A DNA stretch of 64,000 nt, from contig CAYQQO010000002.1 of the NCBI GenBank assembly GCA_964420115.1, positions 726 through 64,725 on the forward strand. The letters are read 5' to 3'. Positions 29,014 through 37,716 of the stretch are shown piece by piece. Positions within the stretch are counted from its first letter, which is position 1. Each line of letters opens with the position of its first letter. This stretch comes from an uncultured Candidatus Saccharibacteria bacterium. GTDB lineage: Bacteria; Patescibacteriota; Minisyncoccia; Portnoybacterales; UBA2143. The notes below the pieces were generated by a model. It was not told the DNA's origin. It saw only the letters and a list, made by a program, of their open reading frames with translations, and made no database searches. The position numbers and the translations under genes were made by a program.

Positions 29014-29175
29014 ATGGGGCTTGCGACTGCAAAGAAGAAAAAGAGAACAGCGAGAAAAAAGAAAACAAAAGAGGTTAAAACAGGAACTAGGACGGGGACA
29101 AAAAAGATAAAACAGACAAGGGTAAATTTGCGCTGTGAGCCAGTCATTTGTTTGGCTGGCTCTTTTCTTAACTAA
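29014..29175 (+). CDS. Small, very basic peptide (frame uncertain)
   Basis: AGGAGGAGG SD at 29002-29010; ATG frame gives MGLATAKKKKRTARKKK.. (53 aa); alternative TTG 29021..29110 gives MRLQRRKREQREKRKQKRLKQELGRGQKR. Confidence 0.45.
   Translation: MGLATAKKKKRTARKKKTKEVKTGTRTGTKKIKQTRVNLRCEPVICLAGSFLN
29137..29169 (+). terminator. Intrinsic terminator
   Basis: GAGCCAGTCA-loop-TGGCTGGCTC followed by TTTTCTT. Confidence 0.65.
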
Positions 29176-29222
29176 AAATATTGCCATAATTTTGGAATGT
29201 GCTATACTGTTTTTACAATAAA

Positions 29223-29987
29223 ATGATAAAAAAACTCATTAAGAAAGAGAAAACTAAAAAAGAAAACAAACCCGCCTCTGGCGGTTCTGCTTCTGGCGGG
29301 AAGGCAGAGGACATAGAAAAGCTTATACCCAGCCTGGAAGAAATGCTAAAAGCAGGGGCTCATTTTGGGCATCGGACCACCAAATGGCATCCTAATATGG
29401 AAGAGTATATTTTCACCCAAAGGGAAAATGTCCATGTGATTGATTTAGAAAAGAGCAGGGAGCAGATGGCTGATGCCTTAAAGTTTCTTAGAAAGATTAA
29501 AGCACAAAAAGGTGTGATTCTTTTTATTGGAACAAAGACAGTGGCCAAAGAAATTATCAGCCAGTCAGCAAAAGAATGTAAAATGCCTTATGTCGCAGAA
29601 AAGTGGGTTGGCGGCACATTAACAAATTTCAAAGTGATCTCTGACCGGTTGGAATATTTTAGAAACTTGAAAAACAAGGAGAAGACAGGGGAATTGAAAA
29701 AATATACTAAAAAAGAACAGCACGATTTTAGAGTAGAATTGGATAAACTTGAAAAACAATTTGGCGGAATTAAAAATTTAACTAAATTGCCTGATGCTAT
29801 GATGGTTGTCGATATTCATAAAGAAAAATTGGCTGTCAAAGAAGCAGGGATGATGGGGATACCGGTAGTCGGACTATGTGATACAGACGCAGATCCTTCT
29901 TCTATTGACTATCCTGTCCCGGTCAATGATGATGCGATTACTTCTTTAACGTTAATATTTAAGATGATCGTTGATGCGTTAAAGTGA
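29223..29987 (+). CDS. rpsB: 30S ribosomal protein S2 with N-terminal extension
   Basis: MLKAGAHFGH, WHPNM, WVGGTLTN, DTDADP, PVNDD. Confidence 0.97.
   Translation: MIKKLIKKEKTKKENKPASGGSASGGKAEDIEKLIPSLEEMLKAGAHFGHRTTKWHPNMEEYIFTQRENVHVIDLEKSREQMADALKFLRKIKAQKGVILFIGTKTVAKEIISQSAKECKMPYVAEKWVGGTLTNFKVISDRLEYFRNLKNKEKTGELKKYTKKEQHDFRVELDKLEKQFGGIKNLTKLPDAMMVVDIHKEKLAVKEAGMMGIPVVGLCDTDADPSSIDYPVPVNDDAITSLTLIFKMIVDALK
29271..29300 (+). repeat. Mini-palindrome pair in frame within rpsB
   Basis: CCCGCCTCTGGCGG TTCTGCTTCTGGCGGG encoding PASGGSASGG; related CCGCCAAAGGCGG at 45419-45431. Confidence 0.7.
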
Positions 29988-29996
29988 TTAAAATAT

Positions 29997-30446
29997 ATGA
30001 TTTCAGCCCAACAAATTAAAAATCTTCGTCAAAAAACAGGCCTTTCAGTAATGGATTGTAAAAATGCCCTGGAAGAAGCAGAAGGCAATGAAGAAAAGGC
30101 AGTAAAGATTTTAGAAAAAAAAGGCAAGTCAGACGCGATTAAGAAAGCTCAGCGGGAAGCTAAAGAAGGGTTAATTGAGGCCTATGTTCATAGCACTGGT
30201 AAAGTTGGAGTAATTCTGGAATTGAATTGCGAGACCGACTTTGTGGCAAAAAATAATGATTTTAAGGAATTGGCCCATGATATTGCTATGCACATTGCGG
30301 CAATGGCTCCCGAAGACGAAGGAGAACTTTTATCACAGCCATTTATTAAAGACGAACAGAAAAGTATTAAGGATTTGATAGAAGAAACTATTGCTAAATT
30401 AGGGGAAAATATTAAGATAAAGAAGTTTGTTCGTCTGGAAATATGA
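29997..30446 (+). CDS. tsf: Elongation factor Ts, short form
   Basis: LRQKTG..MDCKNAL, ELNCETDFVA, KLGENI; follows rpsB. Confidence 0.95.
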   Translation: MISAQQIKNLRQKTGLSVMDCKNALEEAEGNEEKAVKILEKKGKSDAIKKAQREAKEGLIEAYVHSTGKVGVILELNCETDFVAKNNDFKELAHDIAMHIAAMAPEDEGELLSQPFIKDEQKSIKDLIEETIAKLGENIKIKKFVRLEI

Positions 30447-31126
30447 CTCTTAATCTTATCCTCTATATTATTATTGCTGTCAGTATAGTTGGCTTGGGTA
30501 TTATTGTTTTCCGCAAAATGCCTGTTTTGTCTCGTTTATCAGATGAAGAAATTATTATTCTTAGCAGGAAAAAGGGATTAATTCAGCGGATAAAAGAACT
30601 TGACTACAAACAGCATTGGCTTAATTTTATCATCGGGCTTGAGAAATTTCTCAGAAGAGGGAAAATAATATCTTTAAAAACAGAAAATTTATTAGGCCGT
30701 TGGAGTGATAGCTTAAGGAGAAAATCGCAGTTAATGGCTCAAAAGTCAAAAGAGTGGATTAAGCATAAAGAAGCGAAAAGACGAGAAGTTAAAGAAAGTC
30801 CAGCCAGTGAGACAAAGCATGAAATTTCTGTTAAGATAGACAAGGAAGAAGAAAGCATTAAGCCGATTATTATAGACGATGAAGAAGCCGATGATTTGCC
30901 TATTAGTGAACTGAAAAAGCCGATTGAAGAAGAGCAGAAGTGGATAAATTTGATTGTTGAAAATCCTCAAAACATTACTGCTTATAAACTTTTGGGTCTG
31001 CTTTATTGGAAACAGCATAATTATACTGATGCTAAAGCATCATTGGGAATGGCGGTTCGCTTGGGTTCACGCGACAAAAAAGTTTCTGAGGTATTAGAAG
31101 AATTAAAGAAAATGGGGGTAAAATAG
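30443..31126 (+). CDS. Membrane-anchored protein with C-terminal TPR-like motif
   Basis: N-terminal TM; NPQNITAYKLLGLLYWKQHNYTDA. Confidence 0.7.
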   Translation: MTLNLILYIIIAVSIVGLGIIVFRKMPVLSRLSDEEIIILSRKKGLIQRIKELDYKQHWLNFIIGLEKFLRRGKIISLKTENLLGRWSDSLRRKSQLMAQKSKEWIKHKEAKRREVKESPASETKHEISVKIDKEEESIKPIIIDDEEADDLPISELKKPIEEEQKWINLIVENPQNITAYKLLGLLYWKQHNYTDAKASLGMAVRLGSRDKKVSEVLEELKKMGVK

Positions 31127-31131
31127 CCTTG

Positions 31132-31206
31132 GCCAGCGTAGCTCAGGGGTAGAGCAGCGGTTTTGTAAACCGTCGGTCGGGGGTTCAAATCCCTCCGCTG
31201 GCTCCA
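31132..31206 (+). tRNA. tRNA-Thr(TGT)
   Basis: GCCAGCG/CGCTGGC acceptor stem, anticodon loop TT-TGT-AA, GGTTCAAATCC, encoded CCA. Confidence 0.96.
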
Positions 31207-31207
31207 G

Positions 31208-31291
31208 GGGCAGGTGGCAGAGCGGCCAAATGCACCAGACTGTAAATCTGGCGTCCTCGTGACTACGGGGGTTCGAATCCCTCCCTGCCCA
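31208..31291 (+). tRNA. tRNA-Tyr(GTA)
   Basis: GGGCAGG/CCTGCCC stem, CT-GTA-AA loop, long variable arm, GGTTCGAATCC. Confidence 0.96.
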
Positions 31292-31316
31292 CACCACAAA
31301 AAAATAATAGAATAAG

Positions 31317-31389
31317 GCCGACGTAGCTCAGCTGGTAGAGCACCTCCATGGTAAGGAGTAGGTCGTGAGTTCAAGTCTCACCGTCGGCT
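31317..31389 (+). tRNA. tRNA-Thr(GGT)
   Basis: GCCGACG/CGTCGGC stem, AT-GGT-AA loop, AGTTCAAGTCT. Confidence 0.94.
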
Positions 31390-31397
31390 CAAAATCT

Positions 31398-31556
31398 ATG
31401 TCGCAAGATAATTTAATAAAATTCCAATGCAGCCAGTGTAAAAGAATTAATTACTGGTCTAGTAAAAACAAAAAAAAGATTCAGAAGAAATTAGAGCTGA
31501 AAAAATTTTGCAAGTGGTGCCGCCAGCATACGGCGCACAAAGAGGTGAAGAAGTAG
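31398..31556 (+). CDS. rpmG: 50S ribosomal protein L33 (Zn-binding type)
   Basis: CSQCKRINY..KNKK..LELKKFCKWCRQHTAHKE. Confidence 0.96.
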   Translation: MSQDNLIKFQCSQCKRINYWSSKNKKKIQKKLELKKFCKWCRQHTAHKEVKK

Positions 31557-31557
31557 T

Positions 31558-31896
31558 ATGGATATAAAAGAATATCAAAAACTTTGCGAAAGAAGCGCTA
31601 AAAAATACAGAGATAAGGAGAAAGAAATAATGAGTTGGGGGCTGGGCATTTCCGGAGAAGCTGGTGATGTTTCTGGTTGTATTAAAAAAACATATAGCCA
31701 CAAGGATAACCAGAAAAGCGGGATAAGGGAGAATTTGGGTGATACTATGTGGTATATTGCTATGATTTGTAACTTTTACGGATGGAGCTTAGAAGAGGTA
31801 ATGGAAGAAAATATTAAAAAGTTAAAAAGAAGACATCCAAAAGGGTTTTCGCATCAGGGATGCCGTAATGACAAAAGAAGGGATTGGAACAAATAA
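31558..31896 (+). CDS. MazG-like nucleoside triphosphate pyrophosphohydrolase
   Basis: LGISGEAGDV, ENLGDTMWYI, NIKKLKRRHPKGF. Confidence 0.85.
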   Translation: MDIKEYQKLCERSAKKYRDKEKEIMSWGLGISGEAGDVSGCIKKTYSHKDNQKSGIRENLGDTMWYIAMICNFYGWSLEEVMEENIKKLKRRHPKGFSHQGCRNDKRRDWNK

Positions 31897-31909
31897 ATAA
31901 TATATTTAC

Positions 31910-31981
31910 GGGCGCGTCCGTTAATTGGCAAACGGTCGGCCTCCAAAGCCGATCCTGGGGGTTCGAGTCCCTCCGCGCCTG
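31910..31981 (+). tRNA. tRNA-Trp(CCA)
   Basis: GGGCGCG/CGCGCCT stem, TCGGC-CT-CCA-AA-GCCGA, GGTTCGAGTCC. Confidence 0.93.
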
Positions 31982-32048
31982 CTGTTTTTTAAATATAAGG
32001 GGGAAATTGTTCTTTTAACTCTAATATCTGATAAAGGAGGAAGGGGAA

Positions 32049-32642
32049 ATGTCAGACAGAAATACTGGAAGAGAATTAATTGGGATGATAAAAAACAACC
32101 AGTTGAGCGCTTTTGATGCTCTTTATCAAAAGTACCATTATCGGTTAGAAGGTGATATTGCCAAGATTTGCCGTAGTTGGGATAAGGTTGATGATATCGC
32201 GCAGTTAGCTTGGATAAAGGCGTTTGAAGGAATAGACACTTTTGCAGAAAGGTCAGGTTTTTATACTTGGCTTTACAGGATAGCGGTCAACGAATATCTA
32301 AGCGTTCTGCGCCGGTCGCGGCGCAGAGCGAACGATATCCGTCTTATTGACTGCAGAGAAGATATTTTAGACAAGCAGGAGGACAAACGTTTGAATCCTG
32401 AAGAGAGACTGATTGCTAAGGATTTGTTGCTGGAGCTTTGCGCTTTAGTTCTGAAGATGGGGAAAATACAAAGAGATGTCTTTGTCTGTCGTTTTTTGCG
32501 CGAGCTGTCTTTAGAGGAAACGGGCAAGACGCTTGGCATAGCAGAGAGGACTGTCAATACTCGTACCCACCGGCTTAGGAAAATACTGGCTAAATTGCAT
32601 GCAGACAAATTGCTTTCAACAGAAGACAAAATAACTCTATAA
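32049..32642 (+). CDS. ECF (sigma-70 family) RNA polymerase sigma factor
   Basis: DDIAQLAWIKAF..FYTWLYRIAVN (region 2); LSLEETGKTLGIAERTVNTRTHR (region 4). Confidence 0.9.
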   Translation: MSDRNTGRELIGMIKNNQLSAFDALYQKYHYRLEGDIAKICRSWDKVDDIAQLAWIKAFEGIDTFAERSGFYTWLYRIAVNEYLSVLRRSRRRANDIRLIDCREDILDKQEDKRLNPEERLIAKDLLLELCALVLKMGKIQRDVFVCRFLRELSLEETGKTLGIAERTVNTRTHRLRKILAKLHADKLLSTEDKITL

Positions 32643-32688
32643 GCTAAAGCAGGGAAGAATGCTGTGGTTGTAAATTATGCTTCTTTGC

Positions 32689-32726
32689 GCAAGCTCTGAT
32701 TTCCATCAGAGCTTGCTTTTTGTTTT
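32689..32726 (+). terminator. Intrinsic terminator
   Basis: GCAAGCTCTGAT-ttcc-ATCAGAGCTTGC plus T run. Confidence 0.88.
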
Positions 32727-32728
32727 AG

Positions 32729-32757
32729 TTGACAGCTGTGTTTACTTATGGTATATT
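32729..32757 (+). promoter_or_regulatory. Sigma70-type promoter
   Basis: TTGACA-17 nt-TATATT with extended TG. Confidence 0.7.
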
Positions 32758-32811
32758 TACACTCGGTTCTTATCGTAGTTTTTTACAAACAAAATACCAA
32801 GGAGGCGAGAT

Positions 32812-33396
32812 ATGTCTAGTAATGTTATGATTATTGCCGGATATGATGTTTTGGCTGATAAAAATCCTTTTCACAGAGATTATATTAAGATGTGTATAAG
32901 ACAGACTGAAAGAGAATATATAGATATAATTGTGCTTACAGGAGGAGCGACAAATCCTAATTATCCGCATTTAACAGAAGCAGAGGCAAACTACAGAATT
33001 ATAAAAGATAGCTTCTATCAAAAAATGGGAAAGACGGGAAAGGAAGTAGTGGTTCTCCCTTTTGGCAACACGGCGATGGAGAGCTTGTCAGCTGTTAAGT
33101 TGTATTTTGAGAGGCGAGGCAAAAAAAACTCCATTAACAAACTTGTTCTGTGCGCTGAACAGTCACGGATAGCTTCTTTTATGTTTGATGCTCTGGGAAT
33201 GGGACTGCTTGATTTATCTCGAGAAATTGCGGCTTACGGCCATTATTTTCCTGAATCAAAAGACAATTTTGATGCCGAAAGAAAAAAAATGCTTTTAAGG
33301 GTTCTTTCTTATCGGAGCAGGATTTTCTTGCGAATCAGGAATTTCTATCAAAAGATACATCAAAAGAAAATGACTCGTTTGAAAGAAAAAGAATAA
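32812..33396 (+). CDS. Hypothetical protein, YdcF/DUF218-like
   Basis: IIVLTGGATN..TEAE..GNTAMESL pattern; AAGGAGG SD. Confidence 0.6.
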   Translation: MSSNVMIIAGYDVLADKNPFHRDYIKMCIRQTEREYIDIIVLTGGATNPNYPHLTEAEANYRIIKDSFYQKMGKTGKEVVVLPFGNTAMESLSAVKLYFERRGKKNSINKLVLCAEQSRIASFMFDALGMGLLDLSREIAAYGHYFPESKDNFDAERKKMLLRVLSYRSRIFLRIRNFYQKIHQKKMTRLKEKE

Positions 33397-33416
33397 ATAA
33401 AAAAGGAGGGCGCGTC

Positions 33417-33836
33417 ATGGAAAGATTGGGGATTGTAATCGTAGTCGGTCTTTTTTTGCTGATTCTTATCAATATTTCCTGCGGTGATACCGTCAGGCAA
33501 GAGGGCTACGAGGATTGTTATTGGGAGACACTAAATGATACCTGTGGGTCCGGTTGCCAAGGCCAAGCCAGTGATGGATATATTAAAGGAAGGCAGAAGT
33601 ACTTGGATGGCCTGGATGAGTCTCAACAAGCATTTGCTTCGCAGTCTCACTACGACGATTATGACGATGAATATAATCGGGGCTGCCGCGAAGGACGCCG
33701 AGACGGCAGAAGAGACGGAGAAAGGATGCTAGACGACTGCTTTAACCGCGGAGTAAACTTGGGAGAAACACATCCCTTTCTTTCGCCGGAAGAACTTAAT
33801 CAGGAATTAAAGGAAATCCGCGATCAGGTCTGTTAG
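33417..33836 (+). CDS. Putative lipoprotein, acidic and Cys-containing
   Basis: Signal ending LINISC; Gly-periodic GCREGRRDGRRDG; AAGGAGG SD. Confidence 0.65.
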   Translation: MERLGIVIVVGLFLLILINISCGDTVRQEGYEDCYWETLNDTCGSGCQGQASDGYIKGRQKYLDGLDESQQAFASQSHYDDYDDEYNRGCREGRRDGRRDGERMLDDCFNRGVNLGETHPFLSPEELNQELKEIRDQVC

Positions 33837-33873
33837 TTCTTTTCTGTATTTTAGGAGCGGTTTCCAGCATTCG

Positions 33874-33916
33874 GGCGCTTGTCAGCCAATAAGGCGGCAG
33901 GCGCTTTTCTTTTTTT
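33874..33916 (+). terminator. Probable intrinsic terminator
   Basis: GGCGCTTGTC..GCC-loop-GGC..GGCAGGCGCT followed by T-rich tail. Confidence 0.55.
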
Positions 33917-34010
33917 AATTGTGGATTTTTTTCTTGTCATAATTAAATTATTTGTGATAGAATAAATTTATTGACATTTTCTCTTTTTTAATTATTATTT
34001 AAAAACATAA

Positions 34011-34748
34011 ATGGGCTTGTTAGGGTCATCTGATAAAAAAAATATACCTCAGCATATAGCGATTATCCCTGATGGTAATCGCCGTTGGGCAAAAAAAAGG
34101 GGACTGCCTGTTTGGCGAGGGCATTTAGCCGGCGCTAAAATGAGCAAAGAGTGGCTGAAAAGCGCGCTGGATTTAGATATTAAATACGTTTCTTTATGGG
34201 GCGGCTCTTTTGAAAATTTAACCAAACGGCCTAAAATAGAAGTTAATGTTTTAGTTAGAATATATGAGCAGTATTGCCGTAAAATGATAAAGGCCAAGGA
34301 AATTCACAAGAACCAAGTCAGGGTTAATGTTTTTGGCCGCTGGCAGGAAGTTCTGCCTAAAAAAACTTCTCAAACGTTTAGGCATTTAATAGGGGCTACT
34401 AAAAAATATAATCAACGTTTTCTCAATTTCTACATTGCCTATAATGGAACTGATGAAATGATTGAGGGGGTGAAAAGCATTGTCCAAAAAGCGCGCCGCA
34501 AAACTAATTTGAAAATAACAGGAGAAACTATTAAAGAAAGTCTCTGGACAAAAGATTTACCGCCGATTGATTTTATAATTAGAACAGGTAGCAACAACGA
34601 CCCCCACAACAGTGTTGGCTTTATGATGTGGCATACCGCTAACAGCCAGCTGTATTTCTGCAAGGAATTTTATCCTGATTTTGGCAAAAAAGCATTTTCG
34701 TCAGCTATTAAAGATTACCAGAAAAGGGAGAGGAGATTAGGGAAATGA
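34011..34748 (+). CDS. uppS: Polyprenyl (undecaprenyl) diphosphate synthase
   Basis: PQHIAIIPDGNRRWA, SFEN..R, DFIIRTG, FYPDF. Confidence 0.93.
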   Translation: MGLLGSSDKKNIPQHIAIIPDGNRRWAKKRGLPVWRGHLAGAKMSKEWLKSALDLDIKYVSLWGGSFENLTKRPKIEVNVLVRIYEQYCRKMIKAKEIHKNQVRVNVFGRWQEVLPKKTSQTFRHLIGATKKYNQRFLNFYIAYNGTDEMIEGVKSIVQKARRKTNLKITGETIKESLWTKDLPPIDFIIRTGSNNDPHNSVGFMMWHTANSQLYFCKEFYPDFGKKAFSSAIKDYQKRERRLGK

Positions 34749-35377
34749 ACGGCTCTCTGATAAACAAACTTATCCAACAAAAGTATCTCAAAAGTCCGCT
34801 GACTATAGAAGCGTTTAGAAAAATCAAGCGGGCTGATTTTGCGCCTAAAGAGGTGATTAAAAATCAGGGAGAAGATTTTGTCGCTGAATACAACGCCCCC
34901 ATATCTATTGGTTATAACCAGACAATATCACAGCCACAGACAGTCGCTTTTATGTTGGAGCTTTTAAAGCCGCAAAGGGGCGATAGGGTATTAGATATTG
35001 GCTCTGGTTCTGGCTGGCAGACGGCGATGCTTTGTGATATTGTCGGTCAGAATGGCTTTGTCTATGCTGTTGAAATAGTTCAGCAATTAAAAGAATTCGG
35101 AGAAAAAAATGTCGCCAAGTATAATTTTAGAAATGTAGAGTTTATTTGCGGCGACGCTTCAGGCGGCTTGATTGATAAAGCCCCTTTTGGTAAAATTATT
35201 GCTGCGGCTGCCTCTGATCATGTTATCCCTTCTTGGAGAAAACAGCTCAAAATTGACGGAAGATTAGTTGTCCCTATTTTAAACAGTATTTGGTTAATAA
35301 TTAAAAAAGGTGAAGATGAGTTTGAAGAAAAAGAATATCCGGGATTTGCTTTTGTTCCTTTGATAGGGGGGAAATAA
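34745..35377 (+). CDS. pcm: Protein-L-isoaspartate O-methyltransferase
   Basis: QTISQP, VLDIGSGSGW, GRLVVP, FVPL. Confidence 0.93.
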   Translation: MNGSLINKLIQQKYLKSPLTIEAFRKIKRADFAPKEVIKNQGEDFVAEYNAPISIGYNQTISQPQTVAFMLELLKPQRGDRVLDIGSGSGWQTAMLCDIVGQNGFVYAVEIVQQLKEFGEKNVAKYNFRNVEFICGDASGGLIDKAPFGKIIAAAASDHVIPSWRKQLKIDGRLVVPILNSIWLIIKKGEDEFEEKEYPGFAFVPLIGGK

Positions 35378-35419
35378 CAAAGAAAAACCACGAGACATGT
35401 TTTCGTAGCGCCAATAATT

Positions 35420-36394
35420 ATGAAGGTAGTTAATAAAACAAAATTTATTCTCTTTATTATTTTTGTTATTCTGTTAATTTTAGCGGTGGCGGTTGTTTTG
35501 TTTTATCGGCATCAATTAACAGTTCCCCTAAAGACCGTAGCAACCGAAATGGTTTTTAACATTAAAAAAGGGGAGGGCGTGAAAGAAATTGCTCTTCATT
35601 TAGAAAGAGAAGGGTTGATAAGAAATAAAACCGTATTTGAATACTATATCTTTTTTAAAGATTGGGGAGGGAATCTTCAGGCCGGAGAATATTTATTAAG
35701 TCCAACTTTAAATATACCTCAAATCACCAAAATATTAGTCGGCGGCGAAGCTCTTTCAAATGAAATCCAAATTACAATCCCGGAAGGTTTTACTTTAGCC
35801 CAAATTGACGCCCGTTTGGCAAATGTGGGTTTAATTAAAGAAGGGGTTCTTAAAAATCGTCCTCATTTGGAAGGTTATTTATTCCCTGATACATATAGGT
35901 TTAACAAAGATATGACCTTAGACGAAATTACTGCTAAAATGAGAAATAATTTTGACGATAAGTTAAATCAAGAGAGGTTGCGCCAAGAAATACAAAGACA
36001 GGGCAAAACCATTCCTGAAGTAATTACTATGGCGTCTATTGTCCAGAACGAAGCTGTTTCTGATAAAGAAATGCCTATTTTAGCCGGGGTATTTTATAAT
36101 CGCTTAGAGCTTGATATGCTTTTGCAATCTGACGCGACAGTCAACTATATCACAAAAGAAAACAGAAGGCAGGCAACACTGGAAGACATTAAAATAGATT
36201 CTCCTTACAATACATATATATATTTCGGTCTCCCACCGGGGCCGATTTCCAACCCGGGCTTGTCTGCTATTAAGGCCGCTCTCTTTCCTGAAGAAACAGA
36301 CTACCTTTATTTTCTTCATCCCTTAGACAGTGAGGCGATTTTCAGCAAAACCCTTGAGGAGCACAATGGGAACAAGGATGAATATTTGCCTTAG
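35420..36394 (+). CDS. mltG: Endolytic transglycosylase
   Basis: LQAGEY, TIPEG, EGYLFPDTY, LQSDAT, SPYNTY, GLPPGPISNPG. Confidence 0.95.
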   Translation: MKVVNKTKFILFIIFVILLILAVAVVLFYRHQLTVPLKTVATEMVFNIKKGEGVKEIALHLEREGLIRNKTVFEYYIFFKDWGGNLQAGEYLLSPTLNIPQITKILVGGEALSNEIQITIPEGFTLAQIDARLANVGLIKEGVLKNRPHLEGYLFPDTYRFNKDMTLDEITAKMRNNFDDKLNQERLRQEIQRQGKTIPEVITMASIVQNEAVSDKEMPILAGVFYNRLELDMLLQSDATVNYITKENRRQATLEDIKIDSPYNTYIYFGLPPGPISNPGLSAIKAALFPEETDYLYFLHPLDSEAIFSKTLEEHNGNKDEYLP

Positions 36395-36419
36395 AAATAA
36401 GGAGAATTATAATCATAAT

Positions 36420-36974
36420 ATGGAACAGCAAAACAATCTGGATAAAAAAGTAGTTATGGTGGTGGCTTTTAATGAATTTAAGGATGAAGAATATTTTATA
36501 CCAAAGAAAATATTAGAGGAAGCAGGGTTTGAAATTATCACAGCCAGTAATAATCTGGGCTTTGCCCGAAGCACAGAAGGCGGGAAAATCAATGTTGATA
36601 TTTTGGTCAATGAAATGAAAATTGATAACTGCCGAGCTATTATATTTATCGGCGGACCGGGTTGTTTGGAAAATTTAGATAATAGTATTTCTTACGAAAT
36701 TTTAAAAGAGGGATTTACTAAAAACAAAGTGCTGGCGGCCATTTGCATTGCTCCTGTTATTTTTGCCAAGGCCGATATTTTGCGGGGGAGAAAGGCGACC
36801 GTCTGGTCAAGCATGAATGACCAAGAGGCGCTTAAAATTATTGGGGAGAATGGAGGCGTTTACCAACCAGAGCCGGTAGTTGTTGACGGCCGGGTGATAA
36901 CAGCCAACGGGCCAGAAGCGGCGGAGATGTTTGCTCGGGCGATTGTTCGGGTATTGACTGGAATTTGGGGATAA
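36420..36974 (+). CDS. DJ-1/PfpI family protein
   Basis: FKDEEY, IFIGGPG, AAICIAP, VVDGRVITANGP. Confidence 0.92.
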   Translation: MEQQNNLDKKVVMVVAFNEFKDEEYFIPKKILEEAGFEIITASNNLGFARSTEGGKINVDILVNEMKIDNCRAIIFIGGPGCLENLDNSISYEILKEGFTKNKVLAAICIAPVIFAKADILRGRKATVWSSMNDQEALKIIGENGGVYQPEPVVVDGRVITANGPEAAEMFARAIVRVLTGIWG

Positions 36975-37017
36975 GGTAGGTTAGTTATAGGTAAAATTTA
37001 ATTGAATCTTTTATTTT

Positions 37018-37112
37018 GCTATAGACAATAGGCGGCCGTAAGGTAGAAGTCCTATCGAGGCGTATTTTTTAAAAGGCGCTTTTTGTCTGTCTGCGGCAAG
37101 AGATGCCTTTTT
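37018..37112 (+). ncRNA. Ribosomal protein L10 leader
   Basis: AGACAATAGG...CCTATCGAGG core typical of the L10 leader, then a second hairpin, directly upstream of rplJ. Confidence 0.75.
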
Positions 37113-37118
37113 TAAATT

Positions 37119-37649
37119 ATGATGGTTTTAAAAAAAGAAAAAAAACAAGAAATTATTAACGATTTAACAGATAAATTTTCCCGCCAAAAAATAGTTATTT
37201 TTGTTGACTATACTGGTTTGAAAGTGGGGCAGCTTGAAAATTTAAGAGAAAAATTGAGAGAAAAAGGGATAGATTGTCAGGTGGCTAAAAAAACACTAAT
37301 TGACTTGGCCTTAGATAAAGCTAAGTTAAAAAATATTGCTGTCAGAAGTCTGCCTGGTCAAATTGGGGTGGTTATCGGCTACCAAGACGAAGTGACTGCT
37401 TCTAAGATTTTGTATGATTTTTCCAAAGAAAATAAAGAGATTAAAATTCTTTCCGGTTTAGTTGGCGGGGAAGTAAACGACAGCGGTATGATTGTCGCTT
37501 TGGCGAAGCTTCCTTCCAAAGAAGAGCTTATGGCTCAATTTGTTGCCCTTGTTTCTTATCCGCTTTCGGGATTGGTTAATGTTTGGGAAGGAGGGATTAA
37601 TAATTTAGTTAATGTGTTAGAAGCCGTTAAAGGCAGTAAAGAGGTTTAG
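37119..37649 (+). CDS. rplJ: 50S ribosomal protein L10
   Basis: VDYTGL, LREKLR, VAKKTL, LAKLPSKEEL. Confidence 0.96.
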   Translation: MMVLKKEKKQEIINDLTDKFSRQKIVIFVDYTGLKVGQLENLREKLREKGIDCQVAKKTLIDLALDKAKLKNIAVRSLPGQIGVVIGYQDEVTASKILYDFSKENKEIKILSGLVGGEVNDSGMIVALAKLPSKEELMAQFVALVSYPLSGLVNVWEGGINNLVNVLEAVKGSKEV

Positions 37650-37716
37650 AATCTTGAATTTAGTCAATTTATTATGTAAAATTAAACTAAGTTTTAGGTT
37701 TTAAATTATTTAAAAT

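Noticed and set aside
28869-29187. Minus-strand hydrophobic ORFs 28869..29147 and 28939..29187
   Set aside because: Antisense to an A-rich stretch; promoter, SD and terminator all favour the plus strand
31021-32116. ORF-track entries 31021..31374, 31103..31297 and 31925..32116
   Set aside because: They overlap tRNA genes and are shadow ORFs
31960-33910. att-site duplication of the tRNA-Trp 3' end bounding the islet
   Set aside because: Only an 8-nt inverted match (GCGCCTGC) near 33900; no direct repeat or integrase
37660-37690. dif-like TTATGTAAAAT
   Set aside because: Matches one arm only, lies between rplJ and rplL, and is expected by chance in AT-rich DNA
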